From Escherichia coli phage AZ21, in the sequence record LC788708.1: a stretch of 64,000 nt of DNA; one strand, given 5' to 3'. A program made the position numbers and the translations under genes. Positions 9,553-17,401 of the stretch are shown piece after piece. Under the pieces are notes generated by a model. That model did no database searches. It was not told where the DNA came from and worked only from the letters and a program-made list of their open reading frames with translations. Within the stretch, counting starts at the first letter, position 1. Every line of letters begins with the position of its first letter.

Positions 9553-10191
9553 ATGACTACTCGTATCTCTAAAACTCGCGCTCTGGCAACTATCAAATCT
9601 CTGGAAGCTAAAATCCGTAAAGCTACTGAACAACAGCTTCTGATCGCTGTTGGTGAAGGTAAGGATAAAAACCAGGTTGTAGTTGGCGCTGCAATCGAAG
9701 TAGATGCCCTGTCTACTCGTATTAAAACTGATTTCCAATCTCTGCTGGATATGATGTCTCAGCGTGATCGTATTAAATCTGCTCTGATTAAGAGCAATGC
9801 AGAAACAATCGTTGAGATTGGTTCTCGTAAGATGACTGTTGCGGAAGCAATTGAAGCTAAGCGTTCTATGGAGCTTAAAGCTCAGCTGCTGGCTAACATG
9901 CGTAAGCAGTTCCATGCCGCTACGATTAAGTTTAATACGCAGAAAGCACAGTTTGATGCTAAATATGAGCGTTTGCAGGATAGCATGGCTACCCGCGATA
10001 AGAAAACTTCCGAAGATGAAGTTAAAATGCAGCTCAATCTGCTGGAACTCAAGAATACTCCATTCTTGATTGATCCGCTGGAACTGGAGAAGCTGATTAA
10101 GCAGCATGACGAGGAATACCAGGACTTTGCAACAAATGTTGACTTTGTTCTATCCGAGTCTAACGCCTCTACCTTCATTGAAGTAGAGTAA
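9553..10191 (+). CDS. coiled-coil early protein (212 aa)
   Basis: AAGGAA RBS. Strongly host-optimal-looking codons. Three overlapping track ORFs are treated as shadows. Confidence 0.7.
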   Translation: MTTRISKTRALATIKSLEAKIRKATEQQLLIAVGEGKDKNQVVVGAAIEVDALSTRIKTDFQSLLDMMSQRDRIKSALIKSNAETIVEIGSRKMTVAEAIEAKRSMELKAQLLANMRKQFHAATIKFNTQKAQFDAKYERLQDSMATRDKKTSEDEVKMQLNLLELKNTPFLIDPLELEKLIKQHDEEYQDFATNVDFVLSESNASTFIEVE

Positions 10192-10202
10192 TAATTTAAA
10201 AG

Positions 10203-10553
10203 CTAGTAAATCGGTAGACGAAAGCCCAAGCATCTTACCTCGCAGCAGCGGTTGAAATACGAGGTTAAATAAGACCGCTGACCATACTATAAAGTATAAT
10301 CTATTGGAGATTATGTTTATTACACCAGCCTCTTAAGCTGACACGTAAGAACAAAGCGTCGTTGATATTACCGACACAACTTCAAAGATCAACATTTAAG
10401 TATGAAAGCTGAAAAGTTTAAAGAACTCAAACTTCTAAACTTCTAAAGCTAAAAGATGCAAAGTATTCGTTGATGATTCAAACCCTAGATCAAAGGTACA
10501 TGGCTCATAAGATATGGCCTGTGGCGCCTCTAGGCTGTTTATCGGTTTACTAG
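10203..10553 (+). ncRNA. candidate structured non-coding region
   Basis: ORF-free. A 17-bp closing helix pairs 10203-10219 with 10537-10553 (G-U pairs allowed). An internal interleaved CCTCG/GCGGT/CGAGG/ACCGC pattern suggests a pseudoknot. Confidence 0.3.
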
Positions 10554-10574
10554 TTTCACAATTTAAAAATGTAT

Positions 10575-10603
10575 TTGCTAATTTACTAAGTTATCTGTAT
10601 AAT
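10575..10603 (+). promoter_or_regulatory. T5 early-type promoter
   Basis: TTGCTA, 17 nt, TATAAT. Confidence 0.75.
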
Positions 10604-10633
10604 ATATTTTTAAATTGATGAAACGAGGCTATT

Positions 10634-10951
10634 ATGACTTTTCATATTTTGATTGATGATGTGCGTAATCTTCACGGAATGGACATTATCATTCGAACCC
10701 CAGAAGCCGCTGTAGAGTTTCTGAATAAAACTGATACCACAGGCCACTTCGTTTATATGGATAATGACTTGGCTGTAGATGGTATGGAAGGTTATCAAAT
10801 TCTTCGTTTACTCTTAGAATTTGGGCAGAGACCAAAGAAAGTGGTACTAGTAACCTCAAACCCAGTAGCTAAGCAAAATATGCGTAATGATTTGCTTGAC
10901 TTAGGGTATAAAGAAAATCCCAATCGTGTTGAATATGATTGGCAGGAGTAA
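10634..10951 (+). CDS. receiver(REC)-like domain protein (possibly cREC family)
   Basis: 105 aa. N-terminal HILIDDVR and a later VYMDNDL pattern resemble receiver-fold proteins. Confidence 0.45.
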   Translation: MTFHILIDDVRNLHGMDIIIRTPEAAVEFLNKTDTTGHFVYMDNDLAVDGMEGYQILRLLLEFGQRPKKVVLVTSNPVAKQNMRNDLLDLGYKENPNRVEYDWQE

Positions 10952-10956
10952 AAAGA

Positions 10957-11406
10957 ATGAAGGCAGCTTTGCTTTTAGTAGCTGCCCTTACCTTCAGCTT
11001 TAGTAGTCAGGCATCGCACGATGCAAAAGAAATAGATTGCATTGCTAAAAATATCTATTTCGAGAGTCGCGGTGAGGGCATAAAGGGAATGACGGCGGTT
11101 GCACATGTTACTAAAAACCGTGTAAACTCCGGTAAATTCCCAGATTCCTACTGTAAAGTAGTATATCAGTCTAACCAGTTCTCTTGGGTATCTAAGAGAC
11201 CAAAAGTTGATAAAACTGATGAGGCTTGGCAAACCGCTAAGAATTTAGCTAGAGTGATATACTACGTTGATTTACCACAAGATCCTACGTATGGAGCACT
11301 ATACTTCCATAGTGGTAAAGATAAACCTTACTGGACAAAGAAGTTTAAGAAAACAACTAAGATTAAGGGACATACGTTTTATAAACCTGTTGTCACTAAA
11401 ACTTAA
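10957..11406 (+). CDS. secreted SleB/CwlJ-family cell-wall hydrolase
   Basis: Signal peptide MKAALLLVAALTFSFSSQA. CIAKNIYFESRGE..VAHV..NR motif of the Hydrolase_2 family. Confidence 0.75.
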   Translation: MKAALLLVAALTFSFSSQASHDAKEIDCIAKNIYFESRGEGIKGMTAVAHVTKNRVNSGKFPDSYCKVVYQSNQFSWVSKRPKVDKTDEAWQTAKNLARVIYYVDLPQDPTYGALYFHSGKDKPYWTKKFKKTTKIKGHTFYKPVVTKT

Positions 11407-11414
11407 AAATTTAC

Positions 11415-11443
11415 TTGCTTAGCTACTTAAATTTCTGTATAAT
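11415..11443 (+). promoter_or_regulatory. T5 early-type promoter
   Basis: TTGCTT, 17 nt, TATAAT, CATAAATTAATGAGAGG box. Confidence 0.75.
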
Positions 11444-11474
11444 ACTTTCATAAATTAATGAGAGGAAGCGAAAT

Positions 11475-11645
11475 ATGAAATCAGTTGTAATTATTGGTGT
11501 TAACACTCGCGGTATTCGTACTACGAAAACTGTTAAAACTTCTAACGTTGCTGAAATCACTACGAACCCTAAAAAGTTTGATTTCGCCAAAGTCTCAGCA
11601 GTTATGACAGAACAATCTTTTAACCAAGCATTGGGGATGAAATAA
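11475..11645 (+). CDS. small protein (56 aa), below the track cutoff
   Basis: ATG 32 nt downstream of the promoter -10 hexamer (ends 11443), after a GAGAGGAAG RBS. TAATG coupling to the next gene. Confidence 0.55.
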   Translation: MKSVVIIGVNTRGIRTTKTVKTSNVAEITTNPKKFDFAKVSAVMTEQSFNQALGMK

Positions 11646-12079
11646 TGGGTGAAAATATTCTAATGACCCTTCGTGGACTGCTTAGTCTAGCACGTACCCA
11701 CGGTGATAAGGAGAGGGCACTTAATCTTCAGACCATGATTGGTGATCTGCAACGTATTGATAAAGACATTGTTACTCGAACCGAGTTCGTAGCCTATCTG
11801 AAAGCTCAGATTAAGGCTCTAGAAAATGCAAAACAACGCGCTATTAAAGTTGGTACGGAAGTTCCTACTGATGTAGACTATGAGCAACTGCTTTATTCCA
11901 TGCTGCAAGAGTATCAGCCAAGTCAACTGACTGAAGTTCAGATTCGTGAGTATTTTGCAGAACTGGTTAAATTAAACCCAGGTATTACCAAAGCTCTATT
12001 AATGAAAACTATTAAGGCAGAATTTCCTGGACGTTATGACGGTAAAACAACTGCTTTGATTGCTAGTGAATTTTTCTAA
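11645..12079 (+). CDS. hypothetical early protein (144 aa)
   Basis: Translationally coupled. Long clean ORF. Confidence 0.65.
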   Translation: MGENILMTLRGLLSLARTHGDKERALNLQTMIGDLQRIDKDIVTRTEFVAYLKAQIKALENAKQRAIKVGTEVPTDVDYEQLLYSMLQEYQPSQLTEVQIREYFAELVKLNPGITKALLMKTIKAEFPGRYDGKTTALIASEFF

Positions 12080-12087
12080 AAATTCAC

Positions 12088-12116
12088 TTGCTAAATGCTT
12101 ATAAATTCTATATAAT
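12088..12116 (+). promoter_or_regulatory. T5 early-type promoter driving an ORF-free region and tRNA-Arg
   Basis: TTGCTA, 17 nt, TATAAT. Confidence 0.7.
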
Positions 12117-12193
12117 ATATTCATAAATTAGATGATAATTAGGCATCTAATTTATAAATAGTGGGGTGTGGAAATCACTTATGTAGTAACACT

Positions 12194-12267
12194 GCCGTCC
12201 TAGTATAATTGGTATTATCAAGCCGTAACTGGTGGAAGATGTAGGTTCGAATCCTACGGTCGGTAAG
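12194..12267 (+). pseudogene. tRNA-like element or degenerate tRNA
   Basis: Good T-arm GTAGG-TTCGAAT-CCTAC. D-arm has A14 and G18G19. The acceptor pairs with one mismatch. No foldable anticodon arm and no CCA. Confidence 0.3.
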
Positions 12268-12766
12268 AACTGGATAACTGATGCTTTTAACGTAAAAGCT
12301 TCCGAGGTTAGTTGCGCACTGCCTAAACCACGCGGTAGTTGGTTCCAGACTAACCAACCAGTCTGCTGAATAGTTTTATTACGATTTAACTATGTCCAGG
12401 CTAAAGAAGAACTTTAGAAGGTATTCTAGGATAGTGAAGTTCTTTCTCCACATCGGAGTAGTTTTTCAAGCTATCCACAAAGTGGGAAATGCTGACATGA
12501 GAGATGTCACTAATGGTGCACAATAGCACAGGTAATTCGCGATAATTCCTGTTGAGTAGCAGCAAAAGGCGGGAAGTCATGACCCCAAGCCTAACCGAGT
12601 CCTCAATATACCGCAGGGCATAACCACTAAGTCACCCTGACTTAAACTGGAAAATAATAGACGTTACTGTATTTTGTCTTGAAATACTTAATGAGTGAGA
12701 CTTATGACTCTCCCGGTATCGTCTGTATTTTTAAGAGTTTTTACGAGAGTTCTTAAAAATACTTAA

Positions 12767-12841
12767 ACGGGGTGTAGTCTAAGGGAGAGGCAGGAGTCTT
12801 CTAAATTCCTTTATGCAGGTTCGAATCCTGTCACCTCGGCC
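12767..12841 (+). tRNA. tRNA-Arg (anticodon TCT), CCA encoded
   Basis: Hand-folded cloverleaf: acceptor CGGGGTG/CACCTCG, anticodon loop CTTCTAA, T-arm GCAGG-TTCGAAT-CCTGT. Confidence 0.8.
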
Positions 12842-12876
12842 AATTTTATTAACTGTAACTAAAACAAAGGAAACAT

Positions 12877-13824
12877 ATGTTTAATACTAAAAATATGAAA
12901 GAATTGACTTCTGAGCAGAAAGTAATTCGTACTATTAAACGTTGGGGTATTGGTGCTGTAGTTGGTTTAGCAGGTTTAATCCTAGCTTTTAATTCGTATA
13001 CCATTGTTTCTGATGGTACGGTTAAAACCCAAACATTCCTGGGTAAAGTAGACCCTAATCCAGTATTACCTGGTTTCCATCTTGTAAACCCGTTTGCATC
13101 TTTCGATACTTTTAGTACGAAAGATATTTCTATGAAACTGGATAAACTTCAGGTTCCTAGCCAGGATAAGTTTAAGTCTACAGTTGACATTACCGTTATG
13201 TTGCAGTTTGATGGTGCTAAAGCTCCTATTAACCGTGTTAACGCAGGTACTCAGGATCAAGCTCTGAACAAGTACGTTGAAGAGAAGATGCTGTCTACGA
13301 TTCGTGAGTTTGGTAAGTCTGTACCAAAAGCACAAGATCTGTTCGACGCTAAGATTCAGGCTCAACTGCAAACCGCTATTCAGCAAGAAGTAGAAGAGTA
13401 TGCGCGTCCTTATGGCTACACCGTTAAGCAAGTATTCCTTCAGGATATTACTCTGCCACCGGTAATCATGGAACAGGTACAAAACACCAAAGTTCGTGAA
13501 GAACAAGTTAACGCTGCAAAAGCTGAACTAGCTCGTGTTGAACAAGAAGCACAGCAGAAAGTTAAGCAAGCTGAGGCTGATCGTTCTGCTCGTGAAAATA
13601 TGGCAGTAGCTAACGAACGTGACGCAGATGCTAAACTGTATGCGGCTAAGAAAGAAGCTGAAGCTAACACCGCTCTGCAGCGTACCATCACTCCAGAGAT
13701 GATTCGCTGGAAACAGCTGGAAGTTGATATGAAACGCGCTGAAAAATATCAGGGTGGCGTTCCTCAGACTGTTGTAGGTACTGGTTATGATGGCCAGATG
13801 ATTATGGATATGCGTAATAAGTAA
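12877..13824 (+). CDS. SPFH/band-7 (prohibitin/HflC-like) membrane protein
   Basis: 315 aa. N-terminal TM, then a band-7-like core, then a long Ala/Glu/Gln coiled coil. Confidence 0.7.
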   Translation: MFNTKNMKELTSEQKVIRTIKRWGIGAVVGLAGLILAFNSYTIVSDGTVKTQTFLGKVDPNPVLPGFHLVNPFASFDTFSTKDISMKLDKLQVPSQDKFKSTVDITVMLQFDGAKAPINRVNAGTQDQALNKYVEEKMLSTIREFGKSVPKAQDLFDAKIQAQLQTAIQQEVEEYARPYGYTVKQVFLQDITLPPVIMEQVQNTKVREEQVNAAKAELARVEQEAQQKVKQAEADRSARENMAVANERDADAKLYAAKKEAEANTALQRTITPEMIRWKQLEVDMKRAEKYQGGVPQTVVGTGYDGQMIMDMRNK

Positions 13825-13847
13825 TAGTTACACGTAATCTTCGAAAC

Positions 13848-13883
13848 AAGCCCGCGTTTCCTCCGAGAGCGCGGGCTTTTCTG
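13848..13883 (+). terminator. rho-independent terminator
   Basis: 9-bp stem AAGCCCGCG/CGCGGGCTT plus a T-run. Confidence 0.75.
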
Positions 13884-14027
13884 TATTTAAGGCAAAAGAA
13901 AAGCCCATAAGTTATTCAACTAAGGTCTTTAGTACTTAATTCTTTAGAATCATATACTATTATTGCAGCAACAACGTGCTACCACTAAATGCCCTACGAT
14001 TTTCCTCTAAAAAGTTAAAAAATTCGA

Positions 14028-14056
14028 TTGCTTGAATGCTAAATTCTCTGTATAAT
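14028..14056 (+). promoter_or_regulatory. T5 early-type promoter
   Basis: TTGCTT, 17 nt, TATAAT, ATAAATTTGAGAGAGG box. By recall, very close to the classic PN25 sequence. Confidence 0.8.
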
Positions 14057-14086
14057 ATATTTATAAATTTGAGAGAGGAATCAAAT

Positions 14087-14383
14087 ATGAAACGCATTGT
14101 ACTTGCATTGACTCTAGTATCTACTTCTGTATTTGCTGCTCCACAACAGGAACTTTGTCAAGTTCAAGTTTGTAATAAGCTAGAACGATTTACTTTGGAT
14201 ATTTGGTCACACATTAAAGATAATATGGGTGAGCAATGTTTTGATATTGTTCTGCCAAAAGAACAAGCTGTTCCTGGTGCTGTTCTCAGCTCAGAATCAC
14301 GTTGGTGGCAAGGTTCTTCTATCAATCCAACTAAGAAGTCAGTGACACGTATCAAACAAGTGTATCAGTGCAGTGTTCAGTAA
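14087..14383 (+). CDS. secreted Cys-containing protein (98 aa)
   Basis: Signal peptide MKRIVLALTLVSTSVFA. The start was moved from the track's 14036, which lies inside the promoter. Confidence 0.6.
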   Translation: MKRIVLALTLVSTSVFAAPQQELCQVQVCNKLERFTLDIWSHIKDNMGEQCFDIVLPKEQAVPGAVLSSESRWWQGSSINPTKKSVTRIKQVYQCSVQ

Positions 14384-14391
14384 AATTTCAC

Positions 14392-14420
14392 TTGCTTAAT
14401 GCCGAAATTTTCTATATAAT
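14392..14420 (+). promoter_or_regulatory. T5 early-type promoter
   Basis: TTGCTT, 17 nt, TATAAT. Confidence 0.75.
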
Positions 14421-14451
14421 ATATTCTATAAATTATAGATAGGAGTCATAT

Positions 14452-14970
14452 ATGACTGTTGACGAGTTAAAACAACATCTTTTATCTAGGGGCTTTGATA
14501 GTGATAAGTATCACTGTTGGCTCTCTCCACATGGATGGTTAACAGTTCCACTGTATGATTTCTCTGGCATGTTACGTGGATATCAAACATATAACCCTAG
14601 TGCAGCTAAAGGTCATGGAAAATGTCCTTCTGAAGCTAAATATTTTACGCATTCTTCTACTCAATGTCTATGGGGTTTAGAAACTCTTACAGGTAATGAA
14701 GACCTAGTATTAGTTGCAGAATCTGTATTTAAAGCTGTGGCACTACACAACGCGGGATATCCCGCACTAGCAATGCTAGGATCTTCCCCTAGCAAAGCAC
14801 TGCTAAAGCAGCTAAAATTACAACCTTTTAAAGTAGTAGCCGTAGGCGATAATGATTCTGCTGGTGAGAAGTTTGCTAAAAAACTAAATGGGTTTACTTC
14901 CCTCATGGATTTAGATGAAATGAATACAGAAAACTTGAAAAATTTTCTTGCCATGAAGCTAAATTTCTAA
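14452..14970 (+). CDS. Toprim-domain protein
   Basis: LVAESVFKA (Toprim Glu) and VGDNDSAGEKF (DxD) motifs. Confidence 0.6.
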   Translation: MTVDELKQHLLSRGFDSDKYHCWLSPHGWLTVPLYDFSGMLRGYQTYNPSAAKGHGKCPSEAKYFTHSSTQCLWGLETLTGNEDLVLVAESVFKAVALHNAGYPALAMLGSSPSKALLKQLKLQPFKVVAVGDNDSAGEKFAKKLNGFTSLMDLDEMNTENLKNFLAMKLNF

Positions 14971-14976
14971 TATAAT
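14948..14976 (+). promoter_or_regulatory. T5 early-type promoter embedded in the CDS 3' end, driving tRNAs
   Basis: TTGCCA, 17 nt, TATAAT. CATAAATTTGG runs directly into tRNA-Ser. Confidence 0.65.
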
Positions 14977-14990
14977 ATATTCATAAATTT

Positions 14991-15084
14991 GGAAGATTAA
15001 CCCTAAAGGTAAGGGAGCTGTTTGCTAAACAGCCAGTAGCTGTGGAGACACGGTGTGCCAGTTCGAATCTGGCATCTTCCTCCA
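14991..15084 (+). tRNA. tRNA-Ser (anticodon GCT), class II, CCA encoded
   Basis: Acceptor GGAAGAT/ATCTTCC, anticodon arm GCTGT-TTGCTAA-ACAGC, long variable arm, T-loop GTTCGAATC. Confidence 0.85.
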
Positions 15085-15089
15085 AATTT

Positions 15090-15167
15090 GGTTCTCAAGC
15101 TCATTTGGTATGAGCCGTCGCCTCATAAGCGAAAGGTAGGCAGGTTCGAATCCTCCGGGAGCCACCA
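15090..15167 (+). tRNA. tRNA with CAT anticodon (Met or lysidine-Ile), CCA encoded
   Basis: Acceptor GGTTCTC/GGGAGCC (with G-U pairs), anticodon loop CTCATAA, T-loop TTCGAAT. Confidence 0.75.
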
Positions 15168-15186
15168 AATTAAATAAGGACAACTA

Positions 15187-15375
15187 ATGGAATTATTCAT
15201 AGTTTCTATTAAATTTGCACAAGATAGAGAACATTCGGACGAGTTTAAACAAGGGTACAGACTAGTAAAGGCTACATCTGAACTACATGCTATGGACAAA
15301 GTAGTAGACTATATGTATAAAGTAGAAGACGTTTACTACGTCAATGCTTTAGAAGCCTCAAAAGTAATTAACTAG
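15187..15375 (+). CDS. hypothetical protein (62 aa)
   Basis: AAGGA RBS, directly after the tRNA. Confidence 0.5.
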   Translation: MELFIVSIKFAQDREHSDEFKQGYRLVKATSELHAMDKVVDYMYKVEDVYYVNALEASKVIN

Positions 15376-15383
15376 GAGACTAT

Positions 15384-15569
15384 ATGTCCAAATTTCAAGA
15401 ACTCAAGCAAGAGCTAGAAGAGTGTGCCTGCCCAAAATGCTTCGGAGTAGGTGAGTGGAACGATGCTGAACCCGGTGATACACGGTATAATACATACGTT
15501 TGTACATATTGTAATGGTTCTGGTATTAATCCTGAATGTGGTATTTCTCTAGACATTGAGCGAGGTTAA
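15384..15569 (+). CDS. small zinc-ribbon protein (61 aa)
   Basis: CPKCFGVG and CTYCNGSG pairs (DnaJ-type CxxCxGxG). Confidence 0.6.
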   Translation: MSKFQELKQELEECACPKCFGVGEWNDAEPGDTRYNTYVCTYCNGSGINPECGISLDIERG

Positions 15570-15570
15570 G

Positions 15571-15909
15571 ATGGATATTTTTACTACTCCGGCAATAAAC
15601 CTTTTAGGTGTTGGCTTGTTCCAAGCTACGGTGTATCGTACTGATGATTCTACTGATGTGGTAACGTTCATCGTACCTGAGTTCTTCCTAGAAAAGTTCT
15701 TTGAAGAGTTTGAGCAGTTCCGTGAAGAACACAATGCTCATTCCGATATGGAAGATCTAGCAGCTATGTTCCCTGCGGTTTACGGCTATATCTTTGAAGG
15801 TAATGGCCTAGATCTTAATAAATCTGAACTCGTTGAACTTAACTGGGGCATCAATTTTGAAGTTGGCTCTCCATTCCCTCGATATTTCCAGGGTTTAGAG
15901 ATTCGCTAA
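15571..15909 (+). CDS. hypothetical acidic protein (112 aa)
   Basis: ATG 15571 after a GAGG RBS. The track start at 15556 is non-ATG and overlaps the upstream gene. Confidence 0.6.
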   Translation: MDIFTTPAINLLGVGLFQATVYRTDDSTDVVTFIVPEFFLEKFFEEFEQFREEHNAHSDMEDLAAMFPAVYGYIFEGNGLDLNKSELVELNWGINFEVGSPFPRYFQGLEIR

Positions 15910-15917
15910 GATTACAT

Positions 15918-15994
15918 GGGGGTGTAATCGAATTGGCATAGGTACTGGACTTAAAATTCAGGTTTTGTGGGTTCGAATCCCACCACCCCTACCA
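15918..15994 (+). tRNA. tRNA with anticodon TAA (Leu by anticodon) but a short variable arm, CCA encoded
   Basis: Acceptor GGGGGTG/CACCCCT, anticodon arm CTGGA-CTTAAAA-TTCAG, 5-nt variable region, T-arm GTGGG-TTCGAAT-CCCAC, discriminator A. Confidence 0.7.
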
Positions 15995-16009
15995 AATTAA
16001 GGAAATAAA

Positions 16010-16132
16010 ATGAAAGCTATTAAGAAAGCACTGCGTAAATTTATGTATTGTCGTTTTCATAGCATCAAGGCTTCAACTAATGGTACTACTTACGATCGCT
16101 ATGATCCTAAGTTTGGCTTACATTCTAAATAA
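16010..16132 (+). CDS. possible mini-protein (40 aa)
   Basis: ATG after AAGGAAATAAA directly downstream of the tRNA. Below the track cutoff. Confidence 0.35.
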   Translation: MKAIKKALRKFMYCRFHSIKASTNGTTYDRYDPKFGLHSK

Positions 16133-16145
16133 CTGGAGAAAACAA

Positions 16146-16352
16146 ATGGCTAATCCTGAAATTACGGCACAACGCTTTATGCTGAAAGGAATTATTGCTG
16201 AAGCAGGCATGACAGAAGAAGTTGCAGATTTTCAAAAGCAATTCCTCAATATTCTCACTCAAGCCAAAGAGCTAGGAGAGAAAGAACATGGCGCGGCTAT
16301 TATGGCAATCACATTGGTTGGGCTTGATCTGGCTGAAGAATCAGGAGTTTAA
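16146..16352 (+). CDS. hypothetical protein (68 aa)
   Basis: ATG 16146 after a GGAGAAAAC RBS, in frame with track ORF 16080. Confidence 0.55.
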   Translation: MANPEITAQRFMLKGIIAEAGMTEEVADFQKQFLNILTQAKELGEKEHGAAIMAITLVGLDLAEESGV

Positions 16353-16382
16353 CTCCTCCAAGCAGAAATTTTAAAAATGTAC

Positions 16383-16412
16383 TTGCTTTTTGCTTAAGAT
16401 TTCTGCTATAAT
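16383..16412 (+). promoter_or_regulatory. T5 early-type promoter
   Basis: TTGCTT, 18 nt, TATAAT. Confidence 0.65.
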
Positions 16413-16441
16413 AGTTATATAAGTTGATGAGAGGAATCAGA

Positions 16442-16717
16442 ATGTTAAAACGTTTTGCAGCAACTGGTATTGAAAGCTCAGTATGTAAATCCTGGGGTGG
16501 TTGGGAAGGTGAGATCGAGTGGCTTCAGTTCTACAATGTAGAACTTCTTCCAGAGATCAAAGCTCAATGTATTGAGGCTGGTATGGCTCCTGATGCTACG
16601 GCTGATGTTGAAATCAGCATGAATAAGCTAGAGGGTCGAGTAGTCACTGTTACTGATGAAGGTGAAGAGGTATTCGAACTTCCATTCACTTTGAAAGTCA
16701 CTCCTTCATTTGATTAA
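16442..16717 (+). CDS. hypothetical protein (91 aa)
   Basis: ATG after the GAGAGGAATCAGA box. Confidence 0.6.
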   Translation: MLKRFAATGIESSVCKSWGGWEGEIEWLQFYNVELLPEIKAQCIEAGMAPDATADVEISMNKLEGRVVTVTDEGEEVFELPFTLKVTPSFD

Positions 16718-16753
16718 CTGATACAGCACTGAGCAAGTTCTTTAAAATTTGAC

Positions 16754-16782
16754 TTGCTCAGTGCCTTAAAACTTGATATAAT
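16754..16782 (+). promoter_or_regulatory. T5 early-type promoter driving tRNA-Tyr
   Basis: TTGCTC, 17 nt, TATAAT. Confidence 0.65.
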
Positions 16783-16847
16783 ATTTATCTAATTTGGAAA
16801 CATATTTAAAAGTGTTTAAATGAGAATTTTTGAATACTTCTAAATAT

Positions 16848-16935
16848 GGGCGTTTATTCCGTAAGTGGTAGCGGAGGGGATTGTAAATCCCTGGTCATTG
16901 CGACTCGAGTGGTTCGACTCCATTAACGCCCACCA
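16848..16935 (+). tRNA. tRNA-Tyr (anticodon GTA), class II, CCA encoded
   Basis: Acceptor GGGCGTT/AACGCCC, anticodon arm GGGGA-TTGTAAA-TCCCT, long variable arm, T-loop TTCGACT. Confidence 0.85.
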
Positions 16936-16952
16936 AATTAAAGGTAAAGGAT

Positions 16953-17144
16953 ATGTATATTGATCGGATAATTCAAGAAGCTGCAAATAGGGGTATTATA
17001 CAGTTGGGTTCACCCGCTGATATAAATAAAGATCTAATATTAGAAAGCCTCACATTTGGTACAGCTAACTTTGGTCGCGATAGTAATCGTCGATATAGCT
17101 TGAAGTTATCTGCACTATCTTTTATCAAGTATAACAAATTATAG
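16953..17144 (+). CDS. hypothetical protein (63 aa)
   Basis: AAAGGTAAAGGA RBS. Lies between two tRNAs. Confidence 0.5.
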   Translation: MYIDRIIQEAANRGIIQLGSPADINKDLILESLTFGTANFGRDSNRRYSLKLSALSFIKYNKL

Positions 17145-17218
17145 TTAGTTGGCAGAGTGGTTATGCACCTCCTTCATACGGAGCGACTACAGTGGTTCAA
17201 CTCCACTACTAACTACCA
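17143..17218 (+). tRNA. second tRNA with CAT anticodon (Met/fMet/Ile2), CCA encoded
   Basis: Acceptor AGTTAGT/ACTAACT, anticodon loop TTCATAC, T-arm AGTGG-TTCAACT-CCACT. Confidence 0.75.
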
Positions 17219-17401
17219 AAGATAAGATCAGGCCTTTGTGCCAGATCTCTGTGTTTATTAAACTGAATGGGACTATCAATCCACAAGCCGGACTACGAGC
17301 GATTATCGGGTATTCACTTAATAAACAGCCTGCCTCCCAGTTTTTATCTTGCTTCTGGGTTAACAAAAAGCTGAGCCAAATTCTAACATCAGGGAGATCT
17401 A

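Noticed and set aside
9520-10178. Three ORFs overlapping the 212-aa gene (9520-10107 minus, 9839-10069 plus, 9882-10178 minus)
   Set aside because: The codon-biased, repeat-free sense gene has an RBS and a promoter. The others are Leu/Ser-rich shadows.
12175-12357. Minus-strand 60-aa ORF in the tRNA-like region
   Set aside because: It spans the tRNA-like T-arm sequences, has no RBS and runs opposite to all local transcription.
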